From contig CAZHVK010000004.1 of the NCBI GenBank assembly GCA_964535955.1, forward strand, positions 6,222 to 70,221: 64,000 nt of DNA. The letters are read 5' to 3'. Position numbers and translations under genes: made by a program. Positions 10,461 through 19,135 of the stretch are shown here, one piece after another (the stretch's first letter is position 1; every line of letters begins with the position of its first letter). Under the pieces are notes generated by a model. The model did not search any database. It was not told where the DNA came from and worked only from the letters and a program-made list of their open reading frames with translations. This stretch comes from an uncultured Methanosarcinales archaeon (GTDB lineage: Archaea > Nanobdellota > Nanobdellia > Woesearchaeales > CAXGTL01).

Positions 10461-10646
10461 CTAACTCTCTAGAAAACACCTTAAAAACTCTCAAAATATA
10501 CTACCAATAAAGAGTAACATTTATAAAGGATAACCCATTCCCTACATAGTATAGCAAAAGAGGTTCTATGATATTAACATAATATATTTGAACATAATAT
10601 ATTAACACAATCAATAATCAATATAAACAGTGCGGGGTGCAATATA

Positions 10647-11234
10647 ATGTTAGGTATTGAACAAAGTTATGAAACAGACATAAAAAACATATTACAATTC
10701 AGAGATCTTTTTGATCAAAACAATCAAATAAAACTTTATGAATTTAGTGAGATTGTAAATTATTTTTTTGACAGATATGTGCATAAATCTTGGGAAAAGC
10801 AAAAACAAACATTTTTTCAAAGAATACAACAAGGAATATCAGACTTCTCAAAAAGCCTTGATCAAAGAATAGATGATTCACTTAACAAGATGAATTGTCC
10901 AAGAGATTTGATCGAAGAGCTTGATAATAATGCATTCTTAGTTAATCTTGAAGCAAGGGGTTATGAATTTCCAGAAGTTGTACAAGAATTAGAAGATAAA
11001 GGTTACATAAACAAGCAAAGAACAGAATTACTCATTGACCAATATCAAAAATACTTAAGATTCGGTGGTTTTTATGATGAGATGAATGCAACTTTTAACA
11101 TGGTCAACACTGCATTAACAGGTGTAAGTGATGTAGATCTCTCTGGAAACCCATCAGAATCAAGAACTAGTATTAGAAATCCAAGAAACAAAAAAGTAAT
11201 TTCAGTAGATTTTAAAAATAAAAGAAAAAAATAA
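10647..11234 (+). CDS. Hypothetical protein
   Basis: 195 aa ORF with GGGGTG RBS. Confidence 0.7.
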   Translation: MLGIEQSYETDIKNILQFRDLFDQNNQIKLYEFSEIVNYFFDRYVHKSWEKQKQTFFQRIQQGISDFSKSLDQRIDDSLNKMNCPRDLIEELDNNAFLVNLEARGYEFPEVVQELEDKGYINKQRTELLIDQYQKYLRFGGFYDEMNATFNMVNTALTGVSDVDLSGNPSESRTSIRNPRNKKVISVDFKNKRKK

Positions 11235-11252
11235 AAAGTTTTTTTCTACTTT

Positions 11253-12140
11253 TTATCTAGGGAAACGACCATATGCTACATCCATATCATTTGCAGCTCT
11301 TGCTAATTTTGCAACACCCATAACACATTTATTTTTGGATATGCTTCCATCTTTTTCTATGACAGGGCACAAATAATTTAAATATTTCCCTTGTTTAACC
11401 AATATAAGCAATGTTTCTTTTATATTCAGAATCTCAAGTCTTGTTTGTTTTAAGAATTCTTCAACTTCTGGTGTTTTAGCCATATTCTTAATTGCTTCTG
11501 GTTTTAATTTTGGTGGTTGTGTTAACTTATTAATCAATATTATAACTGCTTTTACCACTTTTTGTGCATTTTTTACAATACTATAATTATAACCACCTGT
11601 TTTTGCTTTTTTTAGGCCAGCTATTATTTTATCCAATTCATCTAATAAATAAATATTTTCACCAACCTTAGGGCCTGATATATTCAACATTGGAAAAGTA
11701 AGATTATAATCCTTAGACATTTTCAATAAATGTCCTAAAAGCCCTTTTAAATCTTTTAATTTATCAATAGTAGGTCCTGGTCCTGTTGCAGCCCAATCAT
11801 CTTTACCAAATTTGGCAATAGCAACACCGATTATAACAGCCCTATTTTTATACAATTTCATCTCATTTAAAAAATTTCCAGCTTTTGCAAGTGCTTCACG
11901 TTCAGCAGCAATATGAACAATATCTTTTTCAATCAATGCAAGAGCTTTTCTTTTCTCATTCCATGCTGTTGCTGCAGCTGCATAACGAGGCCCTTCACTT
12001 TGTGAACCTTCTACATATTTTTTAAACTTTTGCAGATTAAAATGAAATTTTGCAGAAATATTATATCCAGCTTTTAGATTTTTTACACCAATACCTCTTC
12101 TTTTAACCATTGTTGAAACAAAACTTCCAAACCATCCCAT
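11253..12140 (-). CDS. Hypothetical basic helical protein
   Basis: 295 aa ORF with AGGTGA RBS. Confidence 0.7.
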   Translation of the reverse strand: MGWFGSFVSTMVKRRGIGVKNLKAGYNISAKFHFNLQKFKKYVEGSQSEGPRYAAAATAWNEKRKALALIEKDIVHIAAEREALAKAGNFLNEMKLYKNRAVIIGVAIAKFGKDDWAATGPGPTIDKLKDLKGLLGHLLKMSKDYNLTFPMLNISGPKVGENIYLLDELDKIIAGLKKAKTGGYNYSIVKNAQKVVKAVIILINKLTQPPKLKPEAIKNMAKTPEVEEFLKQTRLEILNIKETLLILVKQGKYLNYLCPVIEKDGSISKNKCVMGVAKLARAANDMDVAYGRFPR

Positions 12141-12290
12141 TTTATATCACCTTTTTTTATTGATTTATTTAATAAAAAGACAATAGAAACACAATTCTAT
12201 CGCCTTTTATTCTATTTATGACTGATATATATATAAATATTTCTATAATTCACAACTATTACTATACAATCTCTAAACAATCAATCACAA

Positions 12291-13070
12291 TTACTTTGGT
12301 AAATACTTTCTCAGCTCATCACATTTCTTACTAGCCAGCTCAACCATTTCCATGATTTCCTCAGCACTCAAAGAATGATCTCCACCTTTCTGCATTGCAC
12401 ATATATCATTAGATTCATCAAAAGCAACTGTTAACCTTGCATCATAAACTTCTTCTTCATCAGGCAAAGGGTCAACAACAAAATTATCACCAATCTTCCA
12501 CACAGTGCATGATATTGGTTGATTATTAAGTTTTATTCCTTGTTTTGATTTTTCTTCATAATTAATCTTGTATACTCCATCTGTTTCTTCTAATCCAGGC
12601 AGCTCAGTGTCCATTAATGCAGCTAATGCACCTATTGCACTTGCATCAAACAAATTACCAGCAGCATTAATAGGAACAATATCAATTGCACAGACCCAGA
12701 CTTTTTCTCCAGATTTAATACACATGCTTTTAAAATCAAGACATTTACTTTCTCGAACACCACGATCAATTACACGAGCTAGTTCAATTGCTTCTATTCT
12801 TGGTGGTCCTGATTCAAAATCAGGTGAAGCAAGTGGAATTAATTCTGCACCAACCATTATAGTTCCTTGATCAGGAGAATCAGGATATGGTGACATTATT
12901 TCCATCTTAACACCAACAACAACAATAGTGTCACCTATTGTAACTCTTGCAGAACCTTCTGCACCTTCTGTCACACCTAGTTCTATTTTGATTGGTTTTC
13001 TATATTCATCATTCTTTCTTCCATCTAACCTAATATTTTGTTTTATTAGTTTGATTATGTGGTTTTTCAT
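12291..13070 (-). CDS. rrp42: Exosome complex component Rrp42
   Basis: RLDGR, AEGSARV, ELARVIDRGVRES, MQKGG; superoperon position. Confidence 0.95.
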   Translation of the reverse strand: MKNHIIKLIKQNIRLDGRKNDEYRKPIKIELGVTEGAEGSARVTIGDTIVVVGVKMEIMSPYPDSPDQGTIMVGAELIPLASPDFESGPPRIEAIELARVIDRGVRESKCLDFKSMCIKSGEKVWVCAIDIVPINAAGNLFDASAIGALAALMDTELPGLEETDGVYKINYEEKSKQGIKLNNQPISCTVWKIGDNFVVDPLPDEEEVYDARLTVAFDESNDICAMQKGGDHSLSAEEIMEMVELASKKCDELRKYLPK

Positions 13071-13134
13071 AAAAACCACCTCTGGTTGTTTTTATGAAGC
13101 TTAAAAATCTTTAATTTTTTTTGTTTTGTAATAC

Positions 13135-13860
13135 TCATTTTGCCACCTCATACGCTTGTTTCAATGCCTTTTTCTGTACTTCATAGATTTCCATGCAAAC
13201 TTTTTTAGCCATTTCTAATGACTTTTTAAGTTGTTCTTTTTTAATTCTTCCATCTAATTGTAACAAAGTTACTTTACCAAGATTAGGCATCATTGCAACT
13301 GGTATATCTGTCACATGTTCATTATCAAATTTGTCAACAAATTCTGTATAATGTTCTTCTTTATAATCAAGATCAGCAACAATTGTATTATCAACTTCTC
13401 CAACACCTACTGCTGTAACCAAATCTTTCATTTGAAATCCAGCATGTGCTAAAGCCATTGATGCTGCACATATTCCAGCACATCTTGACCCTGCATCAGA
13501 TTGATCAATTTCAATAAATATATCAACCACTGCATTAGGAAACTCACTTAAATCAAGTGCAGGCAATAATGCTTTTTGTGTTACTAGTCCAATTTCTTTA
13601 GAACGACGATTTCCACCTGGCCTTATTCTGCCACCATTTGTTCCTGAGAATGGTAACATATTATAATTACATCTTAGCATTCCTTTTTCAGGATCTTGTA
13701 AAAATCTAGGATAAAGTTCTCTAGGACCATACACAGCAGCAATTGCTCTTGTTTTTCCTTGTTGAAACATTGCAGAACCAATTGCATTCTTTACAACTCC
13801 AACTTTTGCTTTTATTGGTCTTATTTCATCTAATTTTCTTCCATCTAAACGTTGTTTCAT
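13135..13860 (-). CDS. rrp41: Exosome complex exonuclease Rrp41
   Basis: RLDGRKLDEIRP, AAVYGPRE, RRSKEI, DAGSRCAGI. Confidence 0.95.
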   Translation of the reverse strand: MKQRLDGRKLDEIRPIKAKVGVVKNAIGSAMFQQGKTRAIAAVYGPRELYPRFLQDPEKGMLRCNYNMLPFSGTNGGRIRPGGNRRSKEIGLVTQKALLPALDLSEFPNAVVDIFIEIDQSDAGSRCAGICAASMALAHAGFQMKDLVTAVGVGEVDNTIVADLDYKEEHYTEFVDKFDNEHVTDIPVAMMPNLGKVTLLQLDGRIKKEQLKKSLEMAKKVCMEIYEVQKKALKQAYEVAK

Positions 13861-13928
13861 AAAAACCACCTCATGGTTTTTATGAATTTCAAAATTTCAT
13901 TTTGAATTTTCATTTTAAATTCCTCCAT

Positions 13929-14726
13929 TTATCTCCTTTTATTAAATTTATTAAAAGACCTTGTATCTCTTCTCTGAGGTGGTCTATGATCATCTCTTTC
14001 CTCAGGTCTTGGATTAGAAATAATCTCTACTTTTTTTCCAGTCTTTTCTTCTAAAAATACTTTGATTCTATCTGTTAAACCTGCAAAATGTGATTCAGCT
14101 TCAATCTTTTTGATTGTTTCACTTGCTAATAATTCCATCTTAGGATCTTCTGCATTTAACCAAACCAATCCATTTTGTCCAACAATTATCTTACATTCAG
14201 TTGCATTCTTGATCATTGAGATCATTGAAGCATTTTTACCGATTATTCTTGGAACTTTGCAAGGAGTTATACTTAAAATCCTTCCTTCTCCTAGTCTCCT
14301 AAGACCTCTGTCTTTCATTGTAATATCAATCAAGTTTTGTGAAGTTATATTCTTTATTTTTGTAAGCATATAATCTCCTATATTAAAAAACCTAGTTAAA
14401 TCAGCATTCCTTGGTATAAATTGTGAACCTGCTTCTGCAATTGATAACATTGCACTATAAGCAGAATTAGTTTCAACTCTCCATCCACTAAAAGTTATGT
14501 CAAAAACTTTTACAATTATTCTGTCACCAACTTTAGGAATATATTTTCCACCAAGTTTGATTATCTTGATTGCTCTGCCTTCAACTGAAACCAAACCAAG
14601 TCGTGAGGCAATTATATAATCACCTTCTCTATATGTTCTTTGTCCAGGCAAAAAATCAAGACCTTGAGCTAATTTTTCTCCAGGAACAACAATGTCTTTT
14701 TCTTTTACTAATAATTTACTTTCCAT
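13929..14726 (-). CDS. rrp4: Exosome RNA-binding protein Rrp4
   Basis: VVPGE, S1 and KH domains (KVPRIIGK, VGQNGLVW). Confidence 0.95.
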   Translation of the reverse strand: MESKLLVKEKDIVVPGEKLAQGLDFLPGQRTYREGDYIIASRLGLVSVEGRAIKIIKLGGKYIPKVGDRIIVKVFDITFSGWRVETNSAYSAMLSIAEAGSQFIPRNADLTRFFNIGDYMLTKIKNITSQNLIDITMKDRGLRRLGEGRILSITPCKVPRIIGKNASMISMIKNATECKIIVGQNGLVWLNAEDPKMELLASETIKKIEAESHFAGLTDRIKVFLEEKTGKKVEIISNPRPEERDDHRPPQRRDTRSFNKFNKRR

Positions 14727-14805
14727 TTTCTTTTTTCCTCCAAATTATTTTTTATTATTATTTTCATTTTTCTTATTTTATTTATTCTTGTTTCCTCTTG
14801 TCAAC

Positions 14806-15537
14806 TTACCTCGTTCTAACAATTTTACTCTCAACCTTGCCATGAGTCATATTATTTAATTTTTCAAAAAACTCTTCTGTTAAGCCTGCTGGAATTTCAA
14901 TAATAGATGTTAACGATCCATCATTATTCCAATTCTCTTTTAATATTTTTGCAAAACTCTTAACAATTGAATAGGATTTTGCAGCATATTCAGTAGGAAT
15001 ACGCACTTCTATTTCTCTTATCTCAAACTTAATAGCAAGAATAGGTCTTAACTTTTCTAAGATTTCTTTAATTTGATCTTCAGCTTTTCTATATTCTTGC
15101 ACATGAACTTTAGCTTCTTTAAATGCATTTTCTATCCTTTCAATAGGATGTGGTAATTTTGTTCTTGGATCAATCCCATTTCTATGGATAATGTTTATAA
15201 TTTTTCTTTTTTTATCCTCAACCAATTTAGCACGATACTCAGCTGTTAATTGGATTTCTCCTTGTTTGATAATTATTTTTGCAACTTCATAAGGATCACT
15301 TGTTTCAAACACTGTTTTCATCCTATTTTCAGAAGCCAGCATTCCTTTTTTAGCATCATTAAACACTTTAGGTGCTTTTAATATCTCTCTTATATTGATA
15401 CTTTCATCACCTTGTTTAAATTTAACAGCTAAATCTGGATCAATATCTATTTCAAAGTTTTCACCATCTTTTTTAATTCTTGCAACATTAATATGTATTT
15501 TTTTTGTCAAGTCCAATGTTCCGCCTGCTTGTCCCAT
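14806..15537 (-). CDS. Ribosome maturation factor SBDS/Sdo1
   Basis: FEIDID, IDPRTKLPHPIERIENA; superoperon position. Confidence 0.93.
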   Translation of the reverse strand: MGQAGGTLDLTKKIHINVARIKKDGENFEIDIDPDLAVKFKQGDESINIREILKAPKVFNDAKKGMLASENRMKTVFETSDPYEVAKIIIKQGEIQLTAEYRAKLVEDKKRKIINIIHRNGIDPRTKLPHPIERIENAFKEAKVHVQEYRKAEDQIKEILEKLRPILAIKFEIREIEVRIPTEYAAKSYSIVKSFAKILKENWNNDGSLTSIIEIPAGLTEEFFEKLNNMTHGKVESKIVRTR

Positions 15538-15564
15538 ATTTATCACCCATATATATTTTTATAT

Positions 15565-16299
15565 TTATTTCTTCTTTTTAGCAGCTTTTACATATTTTTC
15601 TAATTCATTGTTTGCTATTTTTTTAAACTTGTTATCTTTTATAGATATAAATGCGCAATCTAGTCTATCCACATGAAAGTTTTTACCCAATGCTTTGATT
15701 AAAGCTCTAATTGCAAGTTTTATACCTTCATCAATCGTTAGATTTTCATTATACTGTTTTTGAAGTATTTCTTCAACTTCTAATTCAGATTCACCAATTG
15801 CACTTGCTTTATACCTAAAATAAATCCCTGTTGGATCTGTTTCATATAATTTAGGTTTTCCTTCATCAATTCCTGCAACCAAAATTGATACTCCAAAAGG
15901 TCTAAGCCCGCCTGATTGTGTAAAGATCTGTTTAACATTACACATATCCTTAACAATTGATAATACATCTACAGGTGAATCATATGTAACTCTGTGTTGT
16001 TGTGCTTTTAACTGTGCTCTTTCAATCAACACTCTTGCATCTGACAAAATACCTGATGCAGTGGAACCTATATGGTCATCTATCTGCCATATCTTTTCAA
16101 CAGCATCCTTTACAATCAAAGGATCAACTATTCTTTTATCAGTTACTAGTACAACTCCATCTTTACATATCATACCAATTGCAGTAGAACCTTGTCTAAC
16201 TGTTTTTTTAGCATACTCTACTTGTAATAATCTTCCGTCAGGGCTGAACATTACAGCTGCCCTGTCATATCCCATCATCTGATGTTCCATTGGTTGCAT
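15565..16299 (-). CDS. psmA: Proteasome alpha subunit
   Basis: GYDRAAVMFSPDGRLLQVEYA signature. Confidence 0.97.
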   Translation of the reverse strand: MQPMEHQMMGYDRAAVMFSPDGRLLQVEYAKKTVRQGSTAIGMICKDGVVLVTDKRIVDPLIVKDAVEKIWQIDDHIGSTASGILSDARVLIERAQLKAQQHRVTYDSPVDVLSIVKDMCNVKQIFTQSGGLRPFGVSILVAGIDEGKPKLYETDPTGIYFRYKASAIGESELEVEEILQKQYNENLTIDEGIKLAIRALIKALGKNFHVDRLDCAFISIKDNKFKKIANNELEKYVKAAKKKK

Positions 16300-16416
16300 T
16301 TTAAATTCCACCTCATATTTAGTTTATTTGATTTTTGATAATTATTAATTTTAAGATGCAACTTTTTTACGAGCGTAGCGAGGAAATTTAGTTGCATTTT
16401 TATTTCACCTCATATA

Positions 16417-16755
16417 TCACACAAAGTATTTACTCAATTTCTTTATACTTCCACTTGTCACAACACTTTTGACAATCAATTTCTTTCCACCTATTGATTT
16501 CACAAGTGCCAGACCTGCTTTTAATTCATTTACAAACTTATGATTTACTTTGATCATTCCATATGGAAATTTATATTTTTTATCAATAAACATAATACCA
16601 GCCTTACCATAACCTAATTCCCCTAAAAACCTAAGCAATACAGAATTAATATCCTTTTTAACATCTCTATAACTTAATTTATCTTTACTAATGATTTCAA
16701 ATACCACATATCTTTTCTTTTGCTTTAAGCTTGGTAATAATGGCTTACCTTTCAA
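16417..16755 (-). CDS. rnp2: RNase P protein component 2 (Pop5/Rpp14)
   Basis: LLPSLKQKKRYVVFEI...SGSIKK; adjacent to psmA. Confidence 0.9.
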   Translation of the reverse strand: MKGKPLLPSLKQKKRYVVFEIISKDKLSYRDVKKDINSVLLRFLGELGYGKAGIMFIDKKYKFPYGMIKVNHKFVNELKAGLALVKSIGGKKLIVKSVVTSGSIKKLSKYFV

Positions 16756-16886
16756 TTATAACACCTCTAAATGCCATATTATTAATTTTGTGAGAAAATA
16801 GTATTTTATTGTATCTCATCTTCTCATCTCTCTCGTATTTCAGTGAAAGTGGTTGTTGTTTATAAAAGTATCTATTTGTACAGAAT

Positions 16887-18179
16887 TCATATTTTAACCT
16901 TTCTAACTTCTTCACCTTTCAAATGAAAACAAGTAACACTATTAACCCTAACCCTAACAACATCACCTAATTCATAATCACCTTTTACAACTATAGGCCT
17001 ATATGCATAATTCCTTCCAACAAAAGTAGCCTCACCACCAATATCTTTACCAATATCATCAATTATGATATCTCCAACCCAATTATACCATTTCTCATTT
17101 ACCATTAAACCAATATTCTTAAACAAATCAAATAAATAGGAAGAACGTTTCTTGATATCAGCACCAGAAACCTTTTTCTTCATTCTAGCAGCTTTTGTAC
17201 CACTTCTTTGCCAATACTTAGAAATATTAATAATATCAGGATTCAACCAACGAACCAATCCAATTGTATCATTGAACTGAGACTCTGTTTCAGAAGGAAA
17301 CCCGCATATTATATCAGTTGCTATTGTTATTTCTGGAATTGCTTTTCTAAATGCACTCACAACAAACTTAAAATCATCAACAGCATACTTACGATTCATC
17401 TTAACTAAAACTTCATTATTACCAGATTGAATAGGAATATGCAAAAACTTAAACATCTTTTCGTTTTTGTATATGTCGATAAGAGGGTTTAAATGTTTCA
17501 AAACATGATTAGGGTTAATCATACCAAGCCTTATCTTAAAATCACCATGAATAGCAACTAATTGCCTTAACAATCTCGGTAAAGGAAAATCTATATCATA
17601 ACCATAAGCACCAGTATCTTGCGCAGTTATCCATATTTCTTTTACACCAGACTTAACAGCATGTGTTGCCTGCCTAACAATAGTATCAGGATCATATGAT
17701 ACTAAATGACCTCTAGCCTTTTTAACAATACAATAAGCACATGCACCTAAACAACCAGCACATATAGGAATGATTTCCACTACCTTATTCCTCCGAATCT
17801 TAGGTAAATTCAATCGAGGATTCTTATCATCAGCTATCAAATGCACAATATGATCATTAATAGTTTCTTCAACAACAGAAACAATATTACAAACTTGTTT
17901 AGGTGATATCATTGAATACTTTAAAAGCTGTTTAGGACTAGTCTTTGTAATACATCCTGCAACAATAACCATCTTACCAAGATTATTAACATTGTCTATG
18001 TACTTAAGTGCATTTGTTTCACTTGGGCCTTTAACTACGCATGTATTGACAATAACAACATCACAAGAATCTACAGAATCAACAATCACAAACTCTGCAT
18101 CAGCTAACAAACCAGCCATAACTTCTGAATCAGACCTATTAACACTACATCCAAATGTTTTTATGAATATTTTTGACAT
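16887..18179 (-). CDS. tRNA methylthiotransferase, MiaB-like radical SAM (archaeal t6A37 MtaB type)
   Basis: TFGCSVN, NTCVVK, CLGACAYC, DIICGFPSET, TRAM-like C-terminus. Confidence 0.92.
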   Translation of the reverse strand: MSKIFIKTFGCSVNRSDSEVMAGLLADAEFVIVDSVDSCDVVIVNTCVVKGPSETNALKYIDNVNNLGKMVIVAGCITKTSPKQLLKYSMISPKQVCNIVSVVEETINDHIVHLIADDKNPRLNLPKIRRNKVVEIIPICAGCLGACAYCIVKKARGHLVSYDPDTIVRQATHAVKSGVKEIWITAQDTGAYGYDIDFPLPRLLRQLVAIHGDFKIRLGMINPNHVLKHLNPLIDIYKNEKMFKFLHIPIQSGNNEVLVKMNRKYAVDDFKFVVSAFRKAIPEITIATDIICGFPSETESQFNDTIGLVRWLNPDIINISKYWQRSGTKAARMKKKVSGADIKKRSSYLFDLFKNIGLMVNEKWYNWVGDIIIDDIGKDIGGEATFVGRNYAYRPIVVKGDYELGDVVRVRVNSVTCFHLKGEEVRKVKI

Positions 18180-18293
18180 AAATAAGTAAGAAAAGGCAAC
18201 AAAATATAAAACTTACCACAAAAACCCCAACCTTTAAATACCACAAAATCATAAAAACTCATATAGCAAACACTTTTACAGGGGGTGTATGAT

Positions 18294-18617
18294 ATGGATG
18301 AAAACACAGAAAACCAAGAAACATTAAAACTAGGTGGTAATATTGAACTTTCAGGCTTTAGATCATTGAATGGCGGCCAAATGATTATTCTTAAAAAAAT
18401 GGTTGGTAATTATGCAAGAAGATTAGCAGACAGATCATCAAATTTTGAATTACTCCATCTTCATATGAAAACAGTACATGAACGAGAAACATCAGAATTA
18501 TTTGAAATACACGGCAAATTAATAGACAATGGTAAACATTCAATATCTAAGGTAACAGAGCGTAATGTGTTTGTAGCAGTTGATTCTGCATTAAAAAAAC
18601 TAGAAGAGCAAGGATAA
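18294..18617 (+). CDS. Hypothetical protein, possibly RaiA/HPF-like fold
   Basis: Beta-alpha pattern ending NVFVAVDSALKKLEEQ, resembling the HPF C-terminal helix. Confidence 0.5.
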   Translation: MDENTENQETLKLGGNIELSGFRSLNGGQMIILKKMVGNYARRLADRSSNFELLHLHMKTVHERETSELFEIHGKLIDNGKHSISKVTERNVFVAVDSALKKLEEQG

Positions 18618-18618
18618 T

Positions 18619-18903
18619 ATGGTAGCTGAACTAAATACAACAATTGGATTATTAGAGCCAATTATAGGACCTATCACACAACTTGTTGATATTGTACAAT
18701 ACATTGTTGGTGGTATATTTGGACTTTATCTTATTCTAGTCATACTAAGATGGCATGAATCAAGAAGACTAGCTAATTTAATGAGAGATGTAAAAGCTGA
18801 ACTAAAAGCTTTAAACAAACATTTTGGTGTTAAGGTTAAGAAAACTAAAACACAAAAAGAGATTAGCAAATTAAAAAGATTTTTTAGAAAGAAAAGATCA
18901 TAA
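18619..18903 (+). CDS. Small single-TM protein
   Basis: Hydrophobic segment followed by a basic tail. Confidence 0.65.
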   Translation: MVAELNTTIGLLEPIIGPITQLVDIVQYIVGGIFGLYLILVILRWHESRRLANLMRDVKAELKALNKHFGVKVKKTKTQKEISKLKRFFRKKRS

Positions 18904-18923
18904 TTTTTCTTATTTTTATTTAA

Positions 18924-19088
18924 TATGTGCATGGTGTCCTTCATAAATCGGAGATTTATGATCGTGCTCAGAAATGCTCTGCATTTCTGACATGTAAGAC
19001 CAGTGAGCACATCTCAGATTGTACAACGATCAGGGCTTTCCAAACAAGATAACTAATACATGGAAAGTGCGAACGAACCATGCACATA
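18924..19088 (+). ncRNA. Putative structured RNA motif, copy C (carries 54 bp insert at 18939-18992)
   Basis: Closing stem TATGTGCATGGT/ACCATGCACATA; clearly homologous to copy B. Confidence 0.7.
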
Positions 19089-19135
19089 CCTTTTTTAATA
19101 ACTTTTATAAACACCCAACACTTAACTATCTAAAT

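Noticed and set aside
12291..16755. Exosome-proteasome-RNase P gene cluster as a novelty
   Set aside because: This is the well-known conserved archaeal superoperon. Only its spacers are unusual.
19019..19135. N-terminal extension of ArgS, and ORFs 10298-10510, 18726-19010 and 49668-49859
   Set aside because: These are incidental frames across the repeated structured element. Their mutual peptide similarity reflects the DNA repeat, and the frames are not kept between copies.
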